A stretch of DNA of 64,000 nt from an uncultured Planctomycetota bacterium (GTDB lineage: Bacteria > Planctomycetota > Planctomycetia > Isosphaerales > Isosphaeraceae): contig CAWJTV010000042.1 of the NCBI GenBank assembly GCA_963845755.1, positions 96,001-160,000 on the forward strand. Direction: 5' to 3'. Within the stretch, counting starts at the first letter, position 1; every line of letters begins with the position of its first letter. A program made the translations under genes and the position numbers. This document shows positions 55,632 to 64,000 of this stretch, one piece after another. The notes under the pieces are model-generated. The model was not told the origin of the DNA and did no database searches. It saw only the letters and a program-made list of their open reading frames with translations.

Positions 55632-56360
55632 ATGGGCCACAGTATTCTAGGAATAATCGCTATTTCCCTCCTGGCCGGCTCACCGTTGCCGGAGTCTTAT
55701 GTCTATCAGCCGGCCTATTGTCTGGAGGATGTCCTCATCGGCTCGCCCGAATTCTACGTGCCGCAACCCGGGGACATCTTCCTCGCGACCGACGAGTCCT
55801 TTTGGCTCCGTCTCGGCCACGCGGGCGTCGGTGGGGCTGGAGTGCACCACTCGGGCTTCGTCTTCGCCCGGCCGGACGGGAGCCTGGGACTGATCGAGGC
55901 CGGCCCGTTCAACGAACTAGTGATCCGCATCATGAATCCATACCAGCACATGTCCAATCATGTGAATGGCGGAACCCGAGTCTGGGTCCGCCGGCGGCGG
56001 GTGCCACTGACTCCCGAGCAATCCGCCCGTCTGACGGCATTTGCCAGCGCGCAGGAGGGGAAGCCGTTCGCCCTCGCGCGCGGCCTCAACTTCATGATGC
56101 CCTTCAGCCGGCGCGGCGCGCTCCGCACGCCGTTCGTCGGCCGTGTTCATGGCAATCGTCCGCGTTTCTTCTGCTCGGAGCTGGTCGTGGAGAGCTTCGT
56201 GTACGCCGGGCTGATGGACTGCGAGACCGCCCGGCCCTCGGCGACGCTCCCGCGAGACCTCTTCTTCGGCCACTCCCGCGTCCCCTATCTCGACCGCCAC
56301 TTGAACATGGATTCCGGCTGGTATCCCCCTGCGCGGTGGCTTCCCGGGCAACCGAAATGA
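55632..56360 (+). CDS. Secreted permuted papain-like amidase (YiiX/YaeF-like NlpC/P60)
   Basis: QPGDIFL, HHSG before FFCSELV, EGKPF. Confidence 0.72.
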   Translation: MGHSILGIIAISLLAGSPLPESYVYQPAYCLEDVLIGSPEFYVPQPGDIFLATDESFWLRLGHAGVGGAGVHHSGFVFARPDGSLGLIEAGPFNELVIRIMNPYQHMSNHVNGGTRVWVRRRRVPLTPEQSARLTAFASAQEGKPFALARGLNFMMPFSRRGALRTPFVGRVHGNRPRFFCSELVVESFVYAGLMDCETARPSATLPRDLFFGHSRVPYLDRHLNMDSGWYPPARWLPGQPK

Positions 56361-56674
56361 TCGGAACGGCGGCTTGGCCGCATCGTTGTCCCATCTTGTA
56401 CCGCCACCACTTCGAACGGCCGTCAATGCATCAGCTACCCGCTCGGTCGTCCCGACCGGCACAACCGCGACAGACCGCATCACCACGGTGACTTTGATTG
56501 ATGTTTCCGGGAGAGATCCGACGAAGTCATCTGCGGATGGCCGGGGTCCCGGCGGCGACCGCGACAGGACGCCGTGGGGCTGATCGAGGTAAGGAATCGG
56601 CGACCGGCCCGAGACGCGCGGCCGAGGATGGTCAAAACACAGCAAGCCCGCCACCAGGGTATGGGAGGACCGTG

Positions 56675-56875
56675 ATGAGCTATCGTCGGTCCGTAATCGT
56701 TGCGATGCTGGGCGTCGTCCTGCTCGGCACCGTCGGTTGTGACATGGGGACGCCGCCGAGCGGCTCCCGAGCGATTGTCGCCGCGCATTACCTCGAGCGG
56801 CAGCGGGCCAAGATTCAGCAAATCCGGTCGAGCATGAAGACTCGTGCTCTCAGCAGTTCGATGGCGGGTCACTGA
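56675..56875 (+). CDS. Small lipoprotein
   Basis: RBS ggagg; MSYRRSVIVAMLGVVLLGTVGC lipobox-like leader. Confidence 0.6.
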   Translation: MSYRRSVIVAMLGVVLLGTVGCDMGTPPSGSRAIVAAHYLERQRAKIQQIRSSMKTRALSSSMAGH

Positions 56876-57026
56876 CCTCGCCCGATCATCCCCGGCGCGG
56901 CACTCTCTCAATGCCCTGCTCTAGCCCTCCTGCTGCCGGTCCCTTACCAGTTTTCGTCTTTTCCGTTCCAGAGGCTCCGCTCCAGTCGGCTCATCCCGTG
57001 CGGGATGGCCGTCGCGGCCACCAGGA

Positions 57027-58907
57027 TCATGCCGTTGACGATCCGGGATGGTCCGTTACCACGAGGCTTTGTCGTGATGCGGGTGGTTCCAGAGGAGACC
57101 GCGCCAAGATGAGATCGGGCTTCGCCGCGCCCGAAAGCGGAGGGCGGTCCAGCCAGCGGTCGAACCTATGGACGACCCGAAATGTCAGCACAAGCGCCGT
57201 GAGGAGGTAGAGCGTCACGAGGACCGAGGTGAGTGGGGTCGATAGAGTTGCCGGGATGGAGCTCAGGTCCCTACCCAGCCAGGATGTCTTCGCAACCATC
57301 TGCTGCGGCACCAGTGGACCGGCCGCGAGCATCGGCATGGCCCCCAGCACAGCGAATGACGAGTTCCAGGAGAAGCCTGCCAGCAGGCAGAGGATCAAGA
57401 GGACAGGGTATCCGTTAATCACGGACAGGGTAACGATCGTCGACGCCACGGCCCTCGAAGTACTGGGGGAGCGTATCGAAGCGTGCATCCCGATCGCCGC
57501 GGCCAGCCAGGTCAGCAAGGCGACGACGGCGATCGAGGCCAGGATTCGCGTGGGCTGGACCACCCCCGTGACCAGGGTTACCGACCAGAGGAAGACCAGC
57601 ACGGCCCCGAAGCCGCGCTGGTTCCAGATGGCCCCCAGCACCTTCGCGCGGACGATCTCCCAGCCGGTCAGTGGGGTCGCGGTGAGGCTCACCCAGGTAT
57701 CCTCCTCGCGCTCGATCGTCACGCTCGACGCACAGGCCCCGGCGACCGCCAGCAGCCAGAAAGCGGCGTACCAGCCCACGTCCACCTGCAACGCCCAGAC
57801 GAGATTTGCTCCTCGGAACGCACTGCCGCGCCATCCACTCCTCCAGAGGTCGAGAAGCACACCGGTGATGTTCCCCTCGATCTCGGTCGCGAGGGCCAGC
57901 GGGAGGGTCACGATGATAATCGCGGGCAGGAGCACCATCTTGGTGAAGAGATCGGTCGGCGCGAAGTACCGTTCTTTCCAGAGGACCGCATCGTCGCCAC
58001 AGGCGGGTCGATCGAGCCATCGCGGTCGTCGCGAGCGGGACGGCACTGAGCGGAACCAGGTCCGACGGGCCGGCGTATCCTCCTGGCGGCGAAACGTCGG
58101 TCGGAGCCGCCAGATGGCCAGGAGGAGCATGAGCGCGGCGCCGCCAAGTTGGAGCTCGACCCTCCCGACGAACTCCTCGAGCGACATCGACGCAACGAAT
58201 CCCAGCATCGATGGCCGGAGCGCCCCCTGGAGCCCGATGTCGACCGGGCTCGAATACGCCAGCCATTCGAACGCAGGGCCGGTCCAGGCATAGATCGCCG
58301 GGTACAGAGCCTGCACGACCATACCGATCAGGGTCGGCAGGAACAGCCAGGCCAGCATGAGCGTGTAAGAGATGATGACCGCCTGCCGGACCCCTCGCGC
58401 GAGCGTCGAGATCAAGACCGTCAGAGCCATGGCGAATGCGGCCGTCGAGAAAGACCCCACATAAGCGAATAGGACATACTCGATCGGGATACCACCGAAG
58501 AACCCCCTGAGGATGCCCACGATCGGCAGACCCATCGCCAGGAAGACGCACAGGTGCGGCACCCGGCCCAGGACCTTATCGATCACGATCTCGGCAGCCG
58601 AGAGTCGGCTGGCCATCAGGTAATGCATCGTCTTCCGCTGCTTCTCGTCCGTGATCGCCCCGCCGAAGATGGGCGGGATCAGAAGGAGGATGGCGATCAA
58701 TTGCACGGTCGCGAACACGATGAAGGTCTCTTCGGCGAAGCCGGCGACGGCCGCGATCGTCGCCGTCGAGTTTCCCGAGAAGGTCTGCTGATACTTGCTC
58801 CAGACCAGCAGCAACAGGATCGACGCATAGAGGAACCGCAGAACGTAGTAACGTCTCCGGCGAGCCGTGCGGAGCAGCTCGCCACGGAAAACCGGTCCCA
58901 GCAGCAT
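57027..58907 (-). CDS. Planctomycete-type ABC transporter permease (duplicated ABC-2-like halves)
   Basis: MLLGPVF..EL..ARRRRYY; ITDEKQRKTM..L and VTIEREEDTW..L..TPLTG.EIV.AK; many TM segments. Confidence 0.88.
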   Translation of the reverse strand: MLLGPVFRGELLRTARRRRYYVLRFLYASILLLLVWSKYQQTFSGNSTATIAAVAGFAEETFIVFATVQLIAILLLIPPIFGGAITDEKQRKTMHYLMASRLSAAEIVIDKVLGRVPHLCVFLAMGLPIVGILRGFFGGIPIEYVLFAYVGSFSTAAFAMALTVLISTLARGVRQAVIISYTLMLAWLFLPTLIGMVVQALYPAIYAWTGPAFEWLAYSSPVDIGLQGALRPSMLGFVASMSLEEFVGRVELQLGGAALMLLLAIWRLRPTFRRQEDTPARRTWFRSVPSRSRRPRWLDRPACGDDAVLWKERYFAPTDLFTKMVLLPAIIIVTLPLALATEIEGNITGVLLDLWRSGWRGSAFRGANLVWALQVDVGWYAAFWLLAVAGACASSVTIEREEDTWVSLTATPLTGWEIVRAKVLGAIWNQRGFGAVLVFLWSVTLVTGVVQPTRILASIAVVALLTWLAAAIGMHASIRSPSTSRAVASTIVTLSVINGYPVLLILCLLAGFSWNSSFAVLGAMPMLAAGPLVPQQMVAKTSWLGRDLSSIPATLSTPLTSVLVTLYLLTALVLTFRVVHRFDRWLDRPPLSGAAKPDLILARSPLEPPASRQSLVVTDHPGSSTA

Positions 58908-59128
58908 GGTCGTTCTCCTAAGAATCCGGCACGATCCGGCTGCGTGAACTCCCCAAACCGTTCACCCGCCCACGCGGTTCCAACCGCCATCCTGAACTTC
59001 AGGTGAGCCGACTGTACGACAATTGTAATTGAATGAGGCCGCCATTCAAAGGCGGCCGATTATCTCGGGCGGTCTTCCCTCTCGTTTGGGTGTGGCTCTT
59101 TGATTCAATTCCGGAAAGTCACGGCGAT

Positions 59129-59143
59129 TGGCATCGAGATTGC
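59129..59143 (+). promoter_or_regulatory. Sigma-54 -24/-12 promoter candidate
   Basis: TGGC-atcgaga-TTGC, ~60 bp upstream of the ATG at 59201. Confidence 0.6.
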
Positions 59144-59200
59144 TCTTCTTTCGCCAATCGTTTCATGATTTCCCACCACAAAGCTGAATAGGAGCAGTCC

Positions 59201-59362
59201 ATGGCAGCGACGAGGGACAAAGTCAAAGAGACGATCGATGCGGGGGCTGAGAAGGCCAAAGAGGCGACAGATAAGGCTGCCGACAAGGCGAGCCAGGCGG
59301 CGAAGGACCTTGGTAGCAAGGTCGAGCAAGCCGGCCAGAAGATCAAGGATATGGGCGAGTGA
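59201..59362 (+). CDS. Small hydrophilic LEA/CsbD-like stress protein (53 aa)
   Basis: RBS aggag; MAATRDKVKETIDAGAEKAKEATDKAADKA...GQKIKDMGE; below the ORF-track cutoff. Confidence 0.8.
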   Translation: MAATRDKVKETIDAGAEKAKEATDKAADKASQAAKDLGSKVEQAGQKIKDMGE

Positions 59363-59618
59363 CCTGAGATCCCCAGGTCCGGAGACAGGCCCCTCGCGGT
59401 CCGCCACCTTTCCTGGGGGCCTCATGGAATCCGCAGTTACGACGCGGACGCTTGCTCTACTGAAGCCGCAGTCGGGCGCGCCTGGTTGCGGCCCGTAAGT
59501 TCTCTGTAGGTCGTCGCTCGATGACAGGGCGATGACCGTTCTGTTCTCACGGTGCGATTCCTCGGGAATCGCGACTTCGACGCGGAATACCACTCAAATC
59601 GGGAAGGACAAGTGACCC

Positions 59619-59789
59619 ATGCTCCGTTTCGCAATCGTGTTCGCCGTACTCGCCTTGATAGCCGGAGTGCTCGGCTTCGGAGGATTGGCGGGCGAATTCA
59701 CATACTTCGCGAAGATCCTGCTGTTCGTCTTCCTGGTCCTCTTCGTGATCTCTATGATCTTCGGCCGTCGCGCCGGTCCAGTCGTCTAG
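59619..59789 (+). CDS. DUF1328/UPF0391 small membrane protein (56 aa)
   Basis: [25 protein letters not shown]...[15 protein letters not shown]. Confidence 0.9.
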   Translation: MLRFAIVFAVLALIAGVLGFGGLAGEFTYFAKILLFVFLVLFVISMIFGRRAGPVV

Positions 59790-59809
59790 CTCGGAACTCA
59801 GCCACAGCG

Positions 59810-61978
59810 TCATGGGGTTCCGGTCTTCTGACGAATGGTGACCAGCTTCTGCCTCAATCGATCGAGCCGGGGCTTTTCCGCGGGGACTTCGGTCAGGTTC
59901 TGCCGTTGTTCCGGGTCTTCGGCGAGCGCGAAAAGCTCGGCCGGGCGGTCGCTGTAGTCGATCAGGACTCGATCCTCTTCGATGATCGAGTCGATGCGCA
60001 CTACCAGGCTCGTTCGGAAATCCTTCCCCTTGAGCCGCGGCTCCTCCAGTTGAGAGAAGACGGGATCGGGCGTCTCCGCGCCATCCGCGTACCAGTAGCG
60101 CGCGAGGCTTCGACCCGGAAAGGGATTATCCGCTCCGGGAAGGAGCAGGTCGGTCAACGTCCTGGGTAGATCACGCTGAGAGACGGGGATGCGGATCCGA
60201 CGATTGCGTAGCGCGGCATGGGGGTCGTCAACGGAGGGGTCGTGGCCCAGCGGTGGGATCAAGAGCAGCGGCACGTGGGTCAATTCATTGTAGAGGCTGG
60301 ACCCGTGTCCGAACTGGCCGTGCTCGCCGAAATGCTCTCCATGATCGGCCGTGATGACGATCCAGGTGTCGGCCAGCTGGCCGGCATCGCGCAACTTGCC
60401 CAGGAATCGGCCGAGATGGGCGTCCAGCCCGCTGAGGCAATCGTCGTAAAGGTCTCCGAGCCGATGCCGGGCTTGATCCAGTTCTTGTCGGCGCTGCGGC
60501 ATGTGGTCCGGGGTCGCAGCGTCTTGCGCTTGGAGCGCGAGCCAGCCATCCTCGGGCCGGGCGTCCTTCTTCGAAGGGGCCGGGCCAGTCCAGTAGCGTC
60601 GAGGGACATCGGAGTGTGGAAGATACGGGCCATGAACGTCCATGAAATTCAGGAACAGGAAGAACGGCCGGTGTGATTCTCGCGAGGTCGCTTCGCCTCT
60701 CGGACAGACGGAACCCAACCAGGCTCGCCCTTCCGCGGCGATTGCCGGCGCGGATCGCCGGTAGTAGAACGGGTAAGATGGCGGAATGGGAAGACAGAGC
60801 CGGCGACCGATTTCCATCAAACCGCTTCCCACTGCGGAGTTGCTCATGGCCGCCTTGAGACTGATCTCGCGTTTGCAAGGATAATCGACGTACCAGTCGA
60901 ACCCGCGCCCGACTCCATAGGCAGAGTTGCACATCCTCACATTAGCCACGATGCCCGCCGTCGCGTAGCCTTGGCCCTTCAAGTGCTCGGCCAAGGTTGG
61001 AGAAGGCCCGGAATAGGGGCTGTCGATGCAGGCACCATGCTCGGAGGGCCAGAGGCCGGTGAACATCGTCACGTGCGACGGTAAGGTCCACGGCGCGGCC
61101 GAGCGTGCCATTTCAAAGGTGATCCCGAGCCCGGCCCATTTCTCGAGTTCGGGTGTGGTGGATCTTGGATATCCATGGAGGCTCATCCTGTCGGCGCGGA
61201 GCGTGTCCAGGACAATCCAGAGAAGGTTGGGTCTGTGAGCGACGGCTCGTGCGGCGGACGGGCCACGCGCCGAAGCAGACGCGTTCCACTGCCAGGCAAC
61301 ATGGTAGCCCAGCACGATGACGGCGATCCCGGCCGCCCCGTAAACGCACCGCGGCCAGCCGAGGGACGGCCGGACCAAGCATCGCCGAATTCGATATCCC
61401 ACCCCCAACGCAACCGCAAGAGGCGCCGCGAAGTGGAACCCCCGGATCGTCAGCAGTGGCCCCAGGAGGAGCAGCGTGCCCACGACCCACCCGGCCCATT
61501 CCCAAGCCCACCCCGGCGCATTGTGCATCTCTCTCCGTCTTCCACGCCAAGCCACCCAGGCTAGGACGGGCCCCACGAGCACGATGGTCAGGGCGACGAC
61601 GATCGAAGCCCCGGTGATCGGAATCATCCAGCCTACATATCGGCTGATCATGAGGGTGCTCCAGTCCACGTAGCGCAATCCGTGGAGCTGGGCGACGAGG
61701 ACTGAGAGCTCGAGGAACCCCGCGACCGTGCCGATGGCGAGGGCCGCCGCGATCATGGCCGTCGGCGACGGCGCAGGACCCGGCTCGAATGCTGAGGAGG
61801 CCGCTTTCCCAACAAACCCACGCGTGCGGACGCCTCGGTTCAGGACTCGTCGAAAGGCCGTCGAAGGACGATAGGGGGTGACATCATTCGACGAACTCCG
61901 AGAGGACGACCGAGTTCGGGGATGGGTGGTCGCCACTCCATCGGCCGGCTCCGGACCGGGTTCCTCATGTCTGAGCAT
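59810..61978 (-). CDS. Membrane-anchored sulfatase-like hydrolase/transferase (start uncertain)
   Basis: Several TM segments, PNLLWIVLDTLRAD, APWTLPSH..MFTG, FLNFMDVHGPY, TADHGEHFGEH. Confidence 0.88.
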   Translation of the reverse strand: MLRHEEPGPEPADGVATTHPRTRSSSRSSSNDVTPYRPSTAFRRVLNRGVRTRGFVGKAASSAFEPGPAPSPTAMIAAALAIGTVAGFLELSVLVAQLHGLRYVDWSTLMISRYVGWMIPITGASIVVALTIVLVGPVLAWVAWRGRRREMHNAPGWAWEWAGWVVGTLLLLGPLLTIRGFHFAAPLAVALGVGYRIRRCLVRPSLGWPRCVYGAAGIAVIVLGYHVAWQWNASASARGPSAARAVAHRPNLLWIVLDTLRADRMSLHGYPRSTTPELEKWAGLGITFEMARSAAPWTLPSHVTMFTGLWPSEHGACIDSPYSGPSPTLAEHLKGQGYATAGIVANVRMCNSAYGVGRGFDWYVDYPCKREISLKAAMSNSAVGSGLMEIGRRLCLPIPPSYPFYYRRSAPAIAAEGRAWLGSVCPRGEATSRESHRPFFLFLNFMDVHGPYLPHSDVPRRYWTGPAPSKKDARPEDGWLALQAQDAATPDHMPQRRQELDQARHRLGDLYDDCLSGLDAHLGRFLGKLRDAGQLADTWIVITADHGEHFGEHGQFGHGSSLYNELTHVPLLLIPPLGHDPSVDDPHAALRNRRIRIPVSQRDLPRTLTDLLLPGADNPFPGRSLARYWYADGAETPDPVFSQLEEPRLKGKDFRTSLVVRIDSIIEEDRVLIDYSDRPAELFALAEDPEQRQNLTEVPAEKPRLDRLRQKLVTIRQKTGTP

Positions 61979-62396
61979 TGCTCGCACCCCTTTCCCACTC
62001 AGTGCCGTCTTGCACGGGCAGACTGTTCGGGACCGATCGTGTCTTGGCTCTCGCGATGGCGGCCCACGCCTCCGACGGACGAGATCGAACGAACGCAAAG
62101 CCCTGGTTCACAGAGTTTGCATTAATTTATATAATTATTAATATTTAATCGGATTCTTCGCGTCTGGTCACGCGACACTGCGGATTCTCGCGTCCGAGCC
62201 GGTTCTCGCGGCGCGCGGAGTCGGCGCCGGCCAGGAATCACCGCCAAGCCGAGGCTTCTCTAAACCGCGAATCGATGGGTCGCCCCGGCGCCGTCCACGG
62301 ATCGCAATACGATCGGCGCGGACGCTCGTGCTCCCGCTTCGCGGGACCATGCCTGACGCGAAGGCGGTCGGGGTGGATTCTCGGACCGTTGAGCCT

Positions 62397-62768
62397 TCAA
62401 CAGAGCAGTCGGCAGAGAAATCGGGGCAGGCTCTCGATCCCGACGGTGCGTCCTGCGTGTTGCGGCGACTGGATGTGGATGTCAGGGCTCGCCGATGGGG
62501 CGAGGGATCGGCCAACGTCAGACTCCGAGTCCGAGTGTGGCTTGCCTTCGGAAGAGGCCGTTGGCATGCCTGTTCGAATCGCTCCGCAGACGTCGTCTGG
62601 GAATCCGTCGTTGTCGGTAGGGGAAGGGACGTTCCGAAGTGTTGAGCAGAGGATCTTCAATGCCATCAACGATGCGAGGTCGTGAGCATCGGGTGTGGCT
62701 CCCTGGATCGCCAGCGCGATCAACAGTGCCTGAATAGGAAGTGCGTTGGGACGTCTTCTCTGAGCCAT
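62397..62768 (-). CDS. Small hypothetical protein ending LCRLLC
   Basis: Basic/hydrophobic N-terminus LLIALAIQGATPD; co-oriented upstream of the sulfatase-like gene. Confidence 0.55.
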   Translation of the reverse strand: MAQRRRPNALPIQALLIALAIQGATPDAHDLASLMALKILCSTLRNVPSPTDNDGFPDDVCGAIRTGMPTASSEGKPHSDSESDVGRSLAPSASPDIHIQSPQHAGRTVGIESLPRFLCRLLC

Positions 62769-63010
62769 GCACCCAACCTGTCATGTCTGAGTTGAGAATC
62801 CGAGCCCGACCATCCTGGTCGGTGCTGAGGATTATATCGGCAGAGCGAAGTGCTTGCTCCATCAGGATTATCGACTGATATTGTAAAACCGTGTTAAATT
62901 GTAAAACCGTGTGAATTCGTGTCCCCGAGATGGCACGGAAGCCGTCTAATGGTCCGTGATTGTAGGCGAGGGAATCTGTCGAGTGGTGGTTGTCGATTCC
63001 CACGAGCGGT

Positions 63011-64000
63011 TCAGAGGGGTTCCTCATCCCTCGGCTCCGGCCCCTTCGACGGGACCCCGCCCGCGTTGCCCGTGCGGCCAACCAGCGTGGCAACGACGGC
63101 CGTGAGTTCCTCAGGGTCAACCGGCTTGGCCACGTGGACCTGGAATCCGGCAAGCATGGCCCTGCGCCGATCGTCGGAGCGTGCGAAGGCGGTCAGGGCG
63201 ATGGCGGGCAGGTCCCTGGCGTTGAGGCCCCGCCGCGAACCTGGCGAATGAGGTCGAACCCATCGGCATCGGGGAGGCCGACGTCGCTGACCACGACGTG
63301 GAACTTATGCTGGTCGAGCAATCGGAGTGCCTCGGGGACGGAGCCCGCCATCAGCACGTTTGCCTGACTCTCCGCCAGAACACGTTTGATCAACTCGCGC
63401 GCATCGGGCTCGTCGTCGACGACCAACACGCTCACGCCCTGAAGGAAGGCGGGGGCGAACTCCATCTCGGCGGCGACTGGGTCTTTGGGGCGGATCTGCT
63501 GGCGATCCTCTTGGTCGTGAACGACCAGCAATGGGAGGGAGACCGTGAACGTGCTGCCCCGGTTCTCGCCGAGGCTCTTCGCCCGAACCGTGCCCCCGTG
63601 AAGTTCGACCAGTTGCTTGACGATCGACAGCCCCAGGCCCAAGCCCCCATGTCTTCGGGTCGTCGAGGCGTCGGCCTGGCGAAACCGATCGAACACGAAC
63701 GGTAGGAATTCGGGTCGGATTCCGATGCCGGTGTTGACGACCGTGATCTCGACATGCGAGTTGACCCGTTCCAGGAGGAGCTGGATCCGTCCTTCCCTCG
63801 GCGTGAATTTCACGGCGTTGGACAGCAGATTCCAGATGACCTGCTGCAAACGGGCCGGGTCTCCCATCACCGGGCCGGCCAGTGAGTTGACCATCTTGAG
63901 GACTCGGACCCCTCGGGCATCGGCGGCCGGCATGACGGTCGCCATCGACGCATCAATGACCTCGGCGAGGTTGACCTGCTGGATGTCGAGGCGAAGGTTG
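63011..64000 (-). CDS. Hybrid sensor histidine kinase/response regulator (5' part outside window); frameshift near 63235
   Basis: [38 protein letters not shown], then [18 protein letters not shown]. Confidence 0.93.

Noticed and set aside
59029..59057. Overlapping 7-bp hairpins (TTGAATG/CATTCAA and GGCCGCC/GGCGGCC)
   Set aside because: Stems too short to distinguish from chance; no U-tract.

Overview
GC-rich bacterial DNA, almost certainly from a planctomycete and probably Isosphaeraceae-like. Markers are a DUF1559 prepilin-type protein, a DUF1592/PSD cytochrome protein, 'LEDRTLLS' export motifs and planctomycete-type ECF sigma/Ser-Thr kinase pairs. Roughly 1-28 kb is mostly core or metabolic genes (UgtP-like glycosyltransferase, ppk2, rlmN, comF, hemC, cinA) interspersed with four PIN-domain toxin-antitoxin modules. 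Roughly 28-52.7 kb is an accessory region with a decayed IS3, two ECF sigma + membrane Ser/Thr kinase-WD40 cassettes, a ~2000 aa RTX-like secreted protein preceded by an 82 aa peptide, an AT-richer patatin-like gene, IS630/IS110 remnants and transposon-end-like repeats. The remainder encodes enzymes, an ABC permease, small stress proteins and a hybrid histidine kinase. Most notable: (1) each ECF gene is preceded by a 34-35 bp promoter-like motif that recurs once nearby, and for ECF1 the second copy precedes the peptide + giant protein operon, suggesting a peptide/receptor-kinase/ECF circuit; (2) two MITE-like elements share GAGTCTGTTC ends and 3-bp target duplications but enclose different REP-like hairpins; (3) a structured RNA-like leader precedes an HNH gene; (4) an orphan IS110/IS1111-like non-coding segment; (5) a 42-bp-period motif array. 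Many single-base frameshifts are probably sequencing errors. No tRNA, rRNA or CRISPR array was recognised. All calls are from reading by eye; no searches were run.
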